Origin: Octopus vulgaris
Lineage: Eukaryota
Assembly: GCA_951406725.2 (NCBI GenBank)
Contig: OX597816.1
Location: forward strand, 30,070,001-30,134,000
DNA length: 64,000 bases
Reading direction: 5' to 3'
Below, in pieces: positions 14,771-28,345 of this stretch. The translations under genes were made by a program, and so were the position numbers. The number at the start of each line of letters is the position of its first letter. Positions within the stretch are counted from its first letter, which is position 1. The notes beneath the pieces were generated by a model that ran no database searches, was not told the origin of the DNA, and saw nothing but the letters and a program-made list of their open reading frames with translations.

Positions 14771-16497
14771 TTCCAATTGTTCAAATGAAGTATTAATGTT
14801 ACTATCCTCAACTAAGCCTTCATTTAGAAAACTTCATTTTACTTTTGAAACAAAATGATTAAAAAAAAACACCATTCCTTCCTCAAACAACTCTTCTGAC
14901 ATCCATGTATTACACTGAATACTACAAATCACCCGCAAAAACAGCTCCCTCTCCCTCTCTCTCTTTTTCACTTTTTGTTTCATAATTATAGAAGCTTTAT
15001 CTAATGAACGCCAAAAGCTGTGACACACAGAAGAGTTATAAGCCTAATTTTATTAAGTTTAAAGCCTGCTCGATGTGTCTCATTAGCCAGATTTAGATGA
15101 GACAAGCATTTTCTTGAAAAGCCGTTTTATATACGTTACAAATCTGTAATGGAGTTAAATCGTGCCATTTTTTCAAAACCTGCCAATTCTTTTTTTTTTT
15201 TTTTCGGCGGACAAATTAAGTTTGCGAATGCTATACTTTAACATTTTTAATCTTCCCAAATTAAAACATGCGTCTCGGCGTTTTAGACCAAATAGTTCTG
15301 AAATGATCCGACTCCTGGAACGTTTCGTACTAAACTATCTAAACAACACCATATTTAGCTTTGAAAATCTGTTTTGTAATTTTTACTGGATATTAACACC
15401 TTTTACCCTTTGACTGCATAATGATTATTCCTGTAATGATGTTGATAATCCTCCACAAAATAGAACTGATATTGTCTGCTTCTGCAATATTTCAGTATCT
15501 CATACAAGCTTGCTTAATGTGGAGGGTGTTTATTGGACACCCTGCGGGATGAAAGACAAAACTCGTCAAAGGGTGGAGCGGACGAACTCTTGAGAGTCAA
15601 CGGCCATCCAATAAATGTCTTAAGGCTGTATCATGCGCAGGGACATAGAAATAATCGGACTGAATATCCGATGGCGCGGTTAAACCATTGGGAGTGAAGG
15701 ACTCCTAGCCTTTGTTATGGCATCCTTCGAGGAGAAAGTAACTCGGGTAACTGTGATAACTCCGACGTAAAATCTGCGGCTCAGTGGTTACCGATGATGT
15801 TGACTTGTTCTTCTTTTCGGATTATGGCTGTTGTTGCTTAGTGAGTGGGATTGACTCAGTGCACAGCCTTTCCTCACTTTAAAAAAATACTTCTTGCACA
15901 GGCATTGCAAGATAACAATTAAGCTTCGTGCAATGGTCATACTCGATAACGAGGGGGCAGTCACCACTGTTTTCATATTCTCCAGTAAAAGCATTTGATT
16001 CTTGCTCTGTAAACAGATATTTGATGACATATGCGAGGGAAAAAAAATTGAAAAATTATTTTTTCTAGAAGTGTTCCTGGGAGTGTCTTTGTTTCTCGCA
16101 GCATAAGAAAAGAATTTTCAAAGCAGTTGAGGTAAAAGCGCCCTCCTCAGTTAAAGTTGGTAAAATTTTGAACGGATATACCTGCTTTCCATGTTCAAAG
16201 GGTTTCTTTTGTCTTTTTGTTTCGTAATGTAACAAATTGTTGAAGAACTTGTTATATACACTCACTATAACATTCTGTTTATCATCTTTTACCGCTTTAC
16301 TGTCGCTGTATTTTTCAATTTCCTGGCTCCATGTTAGAGTTAGAGGTTTTCTTTCCAAATTTTTCTTAATTTGGTCAATCTTGTACTCAATGGAAACTAT
16401 ATTCACTAATGGACCGGCAATATGTAAGAGCATAAAGGCAGATGAAAAATATCGGACACTATCCTCTGTTATTTCAATTTAGGAGTAAAGCGGAAAA

Positions 16498-16947
16498 GGA
16501 TCTTTTCGGTTTGAACAGCAGTTTTTAACATAATTTCTAGGTAACTAAAAAATTTTAAACTTCGTATACTGGTAGAATGTGTTTATAAAACATTTTTTTC
16601 TCTTGGCTTTATTAAGAAAATTCTATAGTTTGTAAGATATTTGTTGTCTTTTTCTTCAATTTCTGCAATTTCAACCAATCAAATACGTCTATTGAGGTAA
16701 AAAAAAACATTCTGTGCCGTATGAATATGTCCCTCGTTTAAGAAACAGATAGGGTTTATTTACATTTGTGAAGTAAAAAAGATACCCTTCCCCCACTCCT
16801 AGCCCTAACTCTAACCCTAACTAACGCTAACTAACCCTAACCCTAAAATAGATTGAAATGCAATAGATCGATACTAGGGTCATAATTATGGGTGACAATT
16901 TCATATGACACCGCTAGAAAAAACTGCCGTTCAAACCGAAAAGATCC
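16498..16947. mobile_element. MITE with ~29-bp TIR (GGATCTTTTCGGTTTGAAC..), 8-bp TSD, internal CCCTAA repeats; Merlin-like
   Basis: TSD GCGGAAAA at 16490-16497 and 16948-16955; GG termini. Confidence 0.85.
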
Positions 16948-17349
16948 GCGGAAAACAACTATGTAGAAGACTTGATTACTTTATCTACATGGTAGATTGG
17001 TAGTTATAGTAATCAAATCTTCCTCTTATGCTCTTTGTGAATACGAAAAATAGAATGGTGCATAGCATAATGCATTCCTAGAAACTCTGCCGCTATATCA
17101 TGAGAGCGGACGATTTGATGAATATAAATTTATCGTATTTTACATACATAGGCTTACACACACTGGCAAACACACGCATACGCACATGCGCGTACTGTGA
17201 CATGAGTACATTACATTATTGTACAGACGTGTATGTACCTGTCTTAGTAAGAGTGATGGACATACAGGGATTTTTTTTTTGAAATGCATAGGGAACATGT
17301 AAAAAAAAATAGGCAACAATAACAACAACAACGATACTACAAGACCAGT

Positions 17350-17382
<33 letters not shown>

Positions 17383-17389
17383 AATAATA

Positions 17390-17443
<54 letters not shown>

Positions 17444-17964
17444 GTAAAGATTGAAGGACAATTGAAAGACCAAAAATCTAAGTCTCAACGGAGAACTCCA
17501 GCTCTGGTGGTCTTACACGACAGCTGCTATCCTAAGACAACGTATGTGGCCACTCACGTAGGAAGAGGGGATCGGTGTTCAGGATTAAAAAGGAAAGCAA
17601 ACGTGTCTCTAAAAGACAAAAAGAAAGAAAAATGTCTCGTTGAGGAAGTGGAAAACATTTAGGTTCAGCAAAATAAAGTTCTTAGACAAGTGACTGAGTA
17701 ATTGTCTGTTGGATATATATGCGTGTGTGTGTGTATATGTATGTATATTTATGCACGTATATATATACACATATATATGTACGTGTGTGTGCCTGTGTGC
17801 CTGTGTGTATATGTGCATGTGTGCATGTATGTATATATATGCATGTATATTTATGCACGTATATATATATATATATATATACGTATATATATATGTGTGT
17901 TTGTAGATATATATAAACGCATGCACATATATGTATATATATATATATGTTTATGTATGTGTAC

Positions 17965-18028
<64 letters not shown>

Positions 18029-18192
18029 GTGCATATACATACACACATATATGTGTGTGTGTATATATATGTAGGCATATATATGTGCATATACATACAC
18101 ACATATATGTGTGTTTCTCTTTATATGTATATCTATCAGTTTATGTACATATATGTGTGTGTATATATATATATATGTATGTGTGAATGTAT

Positions 18193-18246
<54 letters not shown>

Positions 18247-18552
18247 ACGTACGTCAGTGTACAAGACAAAAAAGTTAAAATAGCAAAGACGCACTGGTGA
18301 CATGATGAATAACATGACACCCATGAAGGAACATGCAGCAGCAGAAGTGGTGGTGGCGGTGGTGGTGGTGGTGGTAGTAGTAGTAGTAGTCTATCAATTT
18401 ACATGCTTTTTTTGTGTGTGTGTGTGTGCGCGCGTATGTATTTGTGTATATGTTGTAGGGTGGGCTTTAGTTCTTCGACACTGGGTCTGTACACGGCTTG
18501 TCTCCCGTGCGTATGTATGTGTGAGCGTGTATGAGTGTGTGTCTGTGTGTGT

Positions 18553-18586
<34 letters not shown>

Positions 18587-19079
18587 GAGGGAGAGAGAGA
18601 GAGAGATGTTATTTGTGACTGGGAGGGTAAATGCATATAGGAAACCAACTGCCTACAGCAGACATGGGCTGGTCGTGAAGGGTTTCCTTTTTTTTTTTTG
18701 AGGTGTGTATTTTACCAACAGCGACGACCGACTGACGAAGGAATTGCTAAGCTTTCGCCACTACCACCTACACTACCACCACCACCACCACCACCACCAC
18801 CAACGACAACAACAACAATGACAGCAAGAACGGCGACTACTTGACATTCTCTTTCACTTAACACTATCCCAGACGTTTCAACTGCACTCGTTACTTGGCT
18901 TGAACGAAAGAACGACGGAGTGATGGGAGACACGGCTAGAGAATGAACGGGTAGGAAACGGGTGGAGGATGAAGCTAACAGCTAAACGACTTGAGGTCTT
19001 TAAGTTGCGCACTTTAACTTTTAAGTTCGAATTATTTGTCAACCTCGAAGAATCGTTTGAGCAACGAAAACCAATGCCC

Positions 19080-19305
19080 AGCGGCAGAAACGTTAGCACG
19101 CCGGGCGAAATGTGGAGCCGTATTTCGTCTGTCGTTACGTTATGAGTTCAAATTCCGCCGAGGTCAACTTTGCCTTTCATCCTTTCGGGGTCGATAAATT
19201 AAGTACCAGTTACGCACTGGGGTCGATGTAATCGACTTAATACCTATGCCTGTCCTTGTTTGTCCCCTCTATGTTTAGCCCCTTGTGGGTAATAAAGAAA
19301 TAGGT
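19080..19305 (+). mobile_element. SINE family B
   Basis: Family match; older fragments follow to ~19660. Confidence 0.8.
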
Positions 19306-19658
19306 ATATATACTTGCTCTTTGTGTTCTAAGTTCAAATCACGCTGGGGTCAAGTTTGCTTTACATCCCTCCGTGATCAATGAAATTTTGTACCAGTCAA
19401 GCTATGGAGTCGATATTATCGAACAAGCCTCTTCATTCAAAGTGACTGGCTTTGTGGATAGAATTGTAACAGCATTGAACAAAAGGCCACGCCGCATATC
19501 GTATGGTTTTTACGTTCTGGGATCTCGAGAAGATCCACGTTCTGAGTTCAAATGCTGCAGATGTCGACTTTGCCTTTCATCTTTTCAAGGTCGATAAAAT
19601 AAAGTAGCAGCCAAGTGCTGGAGTCATTGTAATCGACTACCACCCGCCCCCAAAATTT

Positions 19659-19719
<61 letters not shown>

Positions 19720-19749
19720 TGTAGTAGTAGTAGTAGTAGTAGCAGCAGC

Positions 19750-19805
<56 letters not shown>

Positions 19806-20069
19806 AGACATGCCCCGTAACAGCGCGTCGACGCGTCCGCCATTTGTTGGCGGCTCCCTGCTCCGGGTAGATGACATTTTTGCACCACTCAGGCGACAAC
19901 CCGCCGACCCATGGCCCTGTTTGAGTAATCGTTGCTGCTGAGAGTTTTATGAGGTTTGACTGCAAACTCCTTTAGCCGTCTTTTGCGACACGCAGAGAAA
20001 ACATTAGGTCTATTCTTTGATATGCTGGTCCCCACACAACTCATTATACTGGAAAGGATTTTCAAGGCA

Positions 20070-21110
20070 GCCTGCTGGCAGAATCGTTAGCACGCCGGAC
20101 AAAATGCTAAGCGGCATTTCGTCCGTCCATACATTCTGAGTTCAAATTCCACTAAGGTCAACTGTACCTTTCATCCTTTCAGGGTCTATAAAATAAGTAT
20201 TAGTCGAGTACTAGAGTCGATGCCATCGACTGTCCCTCTCCCCACAAATTTCAGGCTTTGTACCTATATTAGAAAGGATTGTTATTAAGATGGTGAGCTG
20301 GCAGAACCGTTAATGCGTCAGACAAAATGCCTAGCTGCATTTCTTCCGATTCATTACGTTCCAAGTTCAAATCATACCAAAGATGACTTTGCCTTTCGTC
20401 CTTTCGGGGTTGCTGAAATAAGTACCAAATAAGCTCTGTGGTCAATATGATCAACTAAAACCTAACCAAAATTTTCATGCCTTGTACCTATATTAATATT
20501 ATTATGGGTGGCCGATTAGCAGAATTGTTTAGAGAGCTTCAGGGCGACGAGCTGGCAGAAACGTGAGCACGCCAGGCGAAATGCTTAGCGGTATTTCGTC
20601 TGAGTTCAAATTCTGCCAAGGTCGACTTTGCCTTTCATCCTTTCGGGGTCGATAAATTAAGTTCCTGTTACGCACTGGGATCGGTGTAATCGACTTAATC
20701 CTCTTTGTCTGTCCTTGTTTGTCCCCTCTGTGTTTAGCCCCTTGTGGGCAGTAAAGAAATAGGTATTTCATCTGCCGTTACCTTCTGAGTTCAATTTTCG
20801 CCGAGGTCGACTTTGCCTTTCATCCTTTCGGGGTCGATAAATTAAGTACCAGTTACGCACTAGGGTCGAAGTAATCGACTTAATACCTTTGTCTGTCCTT
20901 ATTTGCCCCGTGGGTAGTAAAGAAATAAGAATTGTTTAGAGCTTCGGTACTTGTTTCGTAAAGATATTCGGAATTCAGATCTCGCCGCGGTCAGCTTTGC
21001 CTTTAATGTCTCCGAGATCGATAAAATACAAGCTTCGTCAAGTAGCTGTGATTGATTTAATCGCCTAATTCGTTCCTCTCCAAATTAATGGCTTTATCTT
21101 AAATTAGAAA
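20070..21110 (+). mobile_element. Cluster of SINE B copies; dimeric young copy 20541-20928 nested in an older copy
   Basis: agaattgtttagag(ag)cttc duplicated at both sides of young copy. Confidence 0.75.
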
Positions 21111-21311
21111 CTACTAAAAGCAGATGATTTAAGTTGACAGATTGAGTAGTTGAGGAGATTCTACCGTTATACTTTAGTTGTTGAGATGTGAGCTCTGCGG
21201 TCCTATTTTTCAGAATATATTGACAGCCGAGATGCATTTCTCTTCTGATAAGCGTAACTGATTATCATTTTATCAGGTATGAAGCATTTGTTTTACTTTT
21301 GTATAGACAGC

Positions 21312-21349
<38 letters not shown>

Positions 21350-21664
21350 ACATGTGTATACATACATACGTACGTGTGTGTGTGTGTGTGAGGGAGCTTG
21401 TGTGTGTGTGTGAGGGAGCTTGTGTGTGTGTGTGTGTGGGTGGTTACGTTTAACTATTTGAATTCTTCCACTGAGGAAGGAGCTGGTTTAAAATAAAACA
21501 CAGGCGCAGGAGTGGCTGTGTGGTAAGTAGCTTGCTTAACAATCACGTGGTTCCAAGTTCATTCCCACTGCGTGGCAACTTGGGCAAGTGTCTTCTACTA
21601 TAGCCTCGGGCCGACCAAAGCCTTGTGAGTGAATTTGGTAGACGGAAACTGAAGGCAGCCCGTC

Positions 21665-21709
<45 letters not shown>

Positions 21710-21713
<4 letters not shown>

Positions 21714-22431
21714 AATTATGAGAGAGTTACCACTATGTGGATAGCTCTAGTGCTAAAAATAGCTCCGTTCCTAGTAAAGCCACAGAAAAGATGTTTCCAA
21801 GGAGAGGAGCTATTTTTAGCACTAGAGCTATCCACATAGTGGTAACTCTCTCATAATTTATGTATAAATTTGTATTATCTCCCTAGTTTCATGTGCTAAG
21901 CCACTTGGTGTTAAATTGATGGTATTATTAAATTAATATCAAATTTTTCACCCTCATTTATAAATTTATAAATTTAATTATGCTGCAGTAAATATTTTAT
22001 GCAGTATTCGTTTCCAATGAGTCTTAGCATGCTTTTGGCGGGTGATTTGAGGCATAACTACAAATGCAATCGATTAAACCGCACGTGTTTTTGACGCTCG
22101 TGAGGGTCTAGTAAATTGTATTTAAGACAAACCTCTGCCGATGATTTATAGATGTCTATGTAAGTAAAATTACATATTACATTAGTAATGAAACAATTGT
22201 TCAGGGTCAATCTATGTTTTCGTTATGTTTCACTTTCCTTCCTTGGAAACATCTTTTCTGTGGCTTTACTAGGAACGGAGCTATTTTTAGCACTAGAGCT
22301 ATCCACATAGTGGTAACTCTCTCATAATTTATGTATAAATTTGTATTATCTCCCTAGTTTCATGTGCTAAGCCACTTGGTGTTGAATTGATGGTATTATT
22401 AAATTAATATCAAATTTTTCACCCTCATTTA
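21710..22431 (+). mobile_element. Penelope-like pseudo-LTR structure (inverted fragment plus partial tandem)
   Basis: 21710-21803 inverted relative to 22240-22333; 21806-21961 repeated at 22277-22431; hammerhead-like motif inside. Confidence 0.7.
22132..22206 (+). ncRNA. Hammerhead-like motif, U4C core variant
   Basis: CUCUG CCGAUGA ..long AT-rich stem II.. GAAA CAAUUG UU CAGGG; palindromic stem III. Confidence 0.45.
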
Positions 22432-22523
22432 TATATATATATATATATATATATGACCGCGTGTGTACCGTTGGCGATTTTTTTTCCTCCGTCTTCCCTT
22501 CTCTGGATCTTTCCTTTTCCTAT

Positions 22524-22558
22524 GTTTCTGACGAGGAGCTCTACTCGAAACGTAAAAC
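22524..22558 (+). ncRNA. Minimal hammerhead ribozyme motif in ~200-bp Penelope-like insert (22455-22662)
   Basis: GUUU CUGACGA G GAG cucua CUC GAAA CG UA AAAC. Confidence 0.6.
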
Positions 22559-22659
22559 TCTCCTTCTTCCCTTCCTTCCTGAGCGTCCAATAATACTATA
22601 TTTGTTCCACGTCCTCGTGTTGTTGTGCTTTCTCTTTGTGTTTTCACGTTTGGATTAAC

Positions 22660-22752
<93 letters not shown>

Positions 22753-24477
22753 CTGCATTTGTCCCCCCACCACACCATCACTTGACAACCGATGCTGGTG
22801 TGTTTACGTCCGATAGAATAAGTACTAAGCTTACAAAGAATAAGTTCTGGGGTCGGTTTGCTTGACTAAAGATGGTGCTCCAGCATGGCCGCAGTCATAT
22901 GACTGAAACAAGTATAAGAGTAAAAGAGTAAACTGCATCGTTGGAAAGTAGATAACAAAAAACAGTGTCACATGTTAAGCTTGAGTAAAGTCTTGCATAT
23001 TTTTATTGTTCATCTTATATATTGTACTTGAAATGTGCAAGCAGGTTGATTGTATGTATGTATGTGTGTATGTATGTATGTATGTATGTATGTATGTATG
23101 CATGTATGTATGTATACGTGTGTCGTACGTATGTATGTGTGTATGTATGAATGTATTATTTATGTATGTATGTATGTATGCATGCATGTATGTATGTATT
23201 CGTGTGTTGTTTGTATGTATGTGTGTATGTATGTATGTATGTATGTATGCGTGTGTCGTATGTATGTATGTGTGTATGTATGTATTATGTATGCATGTAT
23301 GTATGTATGTATACGTATTTGTCTCTCACGATGCTTGAAACCGGTGTCAGGTTGTTTACGTTCCCGTAACTTAATCTGTTTGGTAAAAAAAGCCTAGTAA
23401 AATAAGTATCAAACTTTAAAACTAATGGGTTCGATTAGTTCGACCAAAAACTCTTCAAGGCAGTGCCCCCAGGGTGGCCGCAGTCCAATGATTGAAACAA
23501 GTTTTAAAAAAATATTTAAAAAAGCTTACGTGTGTGTGTGTGTGTGTGTTTGTGTGTGTGTGTGCGTGCATATGTGTATGTGCAGGTGCTCGCACGTGCA
23601 CGTGTATGTGTACAGAACAGAATTTTAGTTGAGTTAGTGCTGGTCTGAGTCGGGTAAAATCGTAGTTATTGTAAACCTGTAAAATTTCTTAAGTAGCGTG
23701 TATGGTGCTGCGAGAAAAGTTTCTGCTATTTTGGACAGAATCCTTCATAAAGGAGCAAGAAAATATCTTCCTTGATTTTTGCCCATCACCAGTGTCATAT
23801 AAAATGCAGGTTGCTACGTTTAATTTGGTGAGTTGAAAATAATATCTCATTGACCCACCCAGGGACGACAAAGTTATTATTGAAGGCGGTGCTCCAGCAT
23901 AACCACAGCCTAATGATTGAAACAAGGAACAGACAAAATATAATAATCATGACAGCCCTTGGCGTTAATAAGAATTAATCTTAAGAGAAACAAATGAACT
24001 CTGAAATAGATTTTCATTAATGCTAATGACTATCCGCATTACAGTTCTAATTTCACTTGATTAGAATTTATTTTTAGTTCGCTATCTTAAGTATGGTTGA
24101 CTGGGCTCAACAATGTTCTTCACATAGGTGGCTCATTGGCACTACTGTTAAGACGTTCATAACCAATTATTTCTCTGTATAATATGTTCTTACATAGGTT
24201 GTCTGAATAAAATATGAAAAAAAAAAAAGAATAGGAACGACTAAAATACATTTTATCTCAGGGCTACATCTTCCCATTCTTCCATTCTTCCTCTCTTCCT
24301 CCTCCTTCTCCCCTATTACTTCACCTTCCCTTACCCCTCCCCTCCTCCTCCTCCTCCTCTCATCTTCCTTCTCCTCACCTCCTTCACCTCCTCCTTTCAT
24401 CCCTTTTTCACCTCCTCCTCTCTTCATCTCCTTCCTCTCTTCATCTTCTCCTCCCTTTCCTCTCCACATCCTCCTCA

Positions 24478-24707
24478 TTTCTTTACTGCCCACAAGAAGC
24501 TACACACAGAAGGGACAAACAAGGACAGACAAACGGATTAAGTCGATTATATCGACTCCAGTGTGTAACTGGTACTTTTTTAATTGACCCCGAAAGGATG
24601 AAAGGCAAAGTCAACTTCGGTGAAATTTCAACTCAGAACGTAGCGGCAGACGAAATACTGCTAAGCATTTCGCCCGGCGTGCTAACGATTCTGCCAGCTC
24701 ACCGCCT
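24478..24707 (-). mobile_element. SINE family B with TSD
   Basis: tccacatcctcctc on both flanks. Confidence 0.8.
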
Positions 24708-24759
24708 CTTCCACATCCTCCTCTTCCTCTCTTCTCCTCATCATAGTTTCAGAAAACTA

Positions 24760-24995
24760 ACTACATTAGGTATGATAAAAAAATATTCAGACAAATACAT
24801 AACAAAAACACCAGGACTTACAAACACATATAACATACAGAAAATTGCACTACTAGGCACTGCACACACCCTACGCAAAACACTTTCAATACAGTAACCA
24901 TCAGAGCGCCACAACAAATCACAACACATACCCAAGGCACACAGAGCTGCGCTCGGTAGTGAAGTGAAAGTACGCTATAAAAATAAAACTACTGA
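24760..24995 (+). mobile_element. R4/Dong-like 3' end in (TAA)n
   Basis: LGMIKKYSDKYITKTPGL..IQKIALLGTAHTLRKTL; near-identical to reverse of 6008-6265. Confidence 0.75.
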
Positions 24996-24998
24996 ATA

Positions 24999-25066
<68 letters not shown>

Positions 25067-25141
25067 AACAATAATATAATAATAACAACAACATCGAAAA
25101 ATACTTTAGGAATGAGAACTCAGGTTCGAAATTTCCCCAAG

Positions 25142-25183
25142 ACACCTGAAGAAGGCTGGAGGGTATATCAGCCGAAACGTGTT
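25142..25183 (+). ncRNA. Hammerhead motif, cleavage site apparently damaged
   Basis: ACAC CUGAAGA A GGCUG..CAGCC GAAA CGU G; position 17 is G or deleted. Confidence 0.5.
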
Positions 25184-25654
25184 AACAACAAACAAGATGA
25201 GGTCAAATATCTGTCAAATGTAAATAATGTAAATAATGTAGATATTTCTTTGTTGACAACATTAATTTACACTTTACTCACGCAAATTTCACCTTCCAGT
25301 CTTGTGATCAAGTTTTTCATGTGGACAGAGTCTCTCTGTTTCAACATATTGCAAGAATTTCACCTTCACTTCGAAATGTTTTTGTAAGCCTACGTCAATT
25401 TCCATCCAATAAAATTTCCAGCTCAAAGCTTCCATTCATATGAAGAAAGGATGTATATATATATATATATAATGAAGAACAAGATAATCCTAGAAAGAGG
25501 GGTTTGTAACAGCTTTGATTCTTGATCACCTCAAACCTAATGCTTTTCAATTAATTAAAGATGTTCTAACTATGGCCATCCCTACCGGGATGATGCAGAA
25601 GAGAAAATACAATAGTCATGATTGGAGCATCATTAACCACATCCTTAAATATGT

Positions 25655-25877
25655 TTCTTTATTACCCACAAGGGGCTAAATATAGAAGGGACAAACAAGA
25701 ACAGACAAACGGATTAAGTCGATTACATCGACCCCAGTGCATAACTGGTACTTAATTTATCGACCCCGGAAGGATAAAAGGCAAAGTTGACCTCGGCGGA
25801 ATATGAACTCAGATCGGAAAGACGACGAAATACAGTAACGTATTTCGCCCGGCGTGCTAACGTTTCTGCCAGCTCAC
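25655..25877 (-). mobile_element. SINE family B
   Basis: Family match. Confidence 0.8.
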
Positions 25878-27142
25878 AATATCAAGGAAGAAGGTAAGTC
25901 AGGGATCAAAAAGTAAAAATCTCTACATACCATAATTCCTGCTGAGATACAAGTTTGAGTTCCTTCAAATGGCATTTTAATTCAGGAAGAACGCATTGGA
26001 TAATCTAGTCCTGGATATACTGTATCTCAGTAAAAGACAGGACATATTCGATATTGTAGCCTTAGATACACTATGACTTGAATACAACACACGACATATT
26101 AGACAATGTAGTCCTAGATACACAATGCCTAAATACAAGATAGAATAGATCAGATGGTGTAGTCCTAGATACAATGAGTCTGAATAAAATAGCTGCTAGT
26201 TTACCCATGTCCAGATGGTCTATCAATTCCAGCCTTCACCTCAATACATTACTGTAGGAACATCAACAGTCACTTATCTGTCCAGAAATAGCAGCCAACT
26301 CTATCACTAATTCCAGAATGCAACATTATAAAAGAAGAACGTATTACATAATGCTAGAAAGACAGGTTGGTCACGTTTGAAATGGCGTTGATCCTTAATC
26401 AACTCAAACCCAAACCTATCCACTTACTCAATTTCAGCCACTCCTTTCTTCTCTAAAATACTTCATTCCACAAACATTATGTCGAACAGTTTTGGCAATC
26501 CTTTATTCTAAAATTTATGCAGACCAGGCCTTTATAACCCCATCATTCCCCAAACACATACATGGCAACAGACATCGACCTTCAGACAACAACCTCAAAT
26601 ATCAACCACGACATCATAAGACAGGGAGGGTGCTGAAGGGGAAGACCATATATCACTCCCTCGTCATCCAAACATCAAATACAGAAATAAATGCTTAGGA
26701 GATGGGCGAAAAGGCAGTCAAGAGTGAGTGCAAACTAGACATACATACATACATACATACATACATACATACATACATACATACATACATACATACATAC
26801 ATACATACATAGGAACGTAGGTACGTACATACAAACACCATGGGAGTCCAAGAAGTTCTTGTGCGTGAATTTGTTTCGAATGGAGAAAGTGTTCAACAGC
26901 ACTGAACACACTTTACAGCGCAATCAGCTATATAATTACATAGATACACGTACATATGTATAAGTGAGTCATATTTACAAGAGGTGTGGGTTCGTGTAAC
27001 CCGTGGGACACGAACCCAAATCTCCTTCCATTTTTTTCTTTCTCAAAGTATTTGAAACCAATATTCACACCCTATTATTTATAGCTCTATGTGTTTCGAG
27101 ATTCACTGTTCCTAAAAAGACACACACACACACGCACACACA

Positions 27143-27225
<83 letters not shown>

Positions 27226-27764
27226 GTGGAGGGATAAATTCATGCCACCGTTACTTGCAGATTCACGGTCACGCATGCGATGTATATTGTATTCTCACCT
27301 GCTGTTGACTTAAGTTCCATGGTTTCGGCAATAACTTCAATATACGATCTAGACTGGCAAATGACTGTTTGGGTAGTATATTTATTCTTCTCCATAATTG
27401 TTATATCAATGTAACCCATGCGTTCGACATTAACTTACGTCTGCAAAATGTCAGTTAATATAGGGCTGACACAACTTGCTAATACATATATTGGTTTCAA
27501 ATTTTAGCACAAGGCCAGCGAGTTCGAGAGAGGAGATAAGTCGATTACATGGAATTCCTTCTACTCAACTACTTATTTTATCGACTCCGAAAAAATGAAA
27601 GTCAAAGTCAACGCCAGCAGAATTTGAACTCAGAACTAAGCAGTTTCCCCGGCGTACTAATGATTCTTCAGGCTGGCCGCTCTATTGTTAACACATATAT
27701 TCAATATACACTCTACACGTATTGAGCACTTTCTTCATTCGTTTGTACGTGTATGTATTTTATA

Positions 27765-28220
27765 TTTACTTGTTTTACTTACTTGACTGTAGCCATGCTG
27801 GTCACTGCCTTGATAGGTCTTAGCCAAACAATTCCACCCCAGTACTTATCTTTTAAGCTTAGTACTTATTCTATCGCTCTTTTTGCTGAACCTTTGAATT
27901 ACGACAAGGTAACCAAACCAGTACCGGTTGTAAAGCGTTGGTGGGGACAAGCTCAAAGACAGCACACACACACATAAATATGCATACATGCTTATATACA
28001 CATGTGTGTGTGTGGGAGAGAGTGTGTGTGTGAGAGAGAGAGAGAGAGTGTATATATATATACGACCGGCTTCTTTCAGTTTCCGTTTAACAAATCCACT
28101 CACAGGGTTTTGGGCGGCCAGAGGCTCTAGTTGCTGTCACTTGCCCAAGGTGTCACGCAGTAGGATTGAATCCAGAACCATGTGGTTGGGAAGCAAACTT
28201 CTCACCATACTCCTGCGCCT
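27765..28220 (-). mobile_element. Older SINE family A copy
   Basis: Diverged family match. Confidence 0.7.
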
Positions 28221-28251
28221 ATATATGCAGTATATGATGATGATGATGATG

Positions 28252-28287
<36 letters not shown>

Positions 28288-28345
28288 TCTTGCAAACAAC
28301 TTGCACATGCAAGTGCTACCAATTAAAAGCTCCGTATATCGGAAG

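Larger units (their letters stand above)
21502..22930 (+). mobile_element. SINE family A split by two insertions in its (TA)n
   Basis: Head 21502-21668, tail ~22750-22930. Confidence 0.8.

Noticed and set aside
14257-14858. Poly-His/Asp/Ser/Met ORFs
   Set aside because: Pure trinucleotide microsatellite open in several frames on both strands; no complex coding context
16795-16846. Telomere or chromosome fusion site
   Set aside because: Few degenerate repeats, internal to a MITE present three times
19845-19870. HDV-like ribozyme (ggc tccctgct ccg)
   Set aside because: P3 does not pair and no P1/P1.1 found
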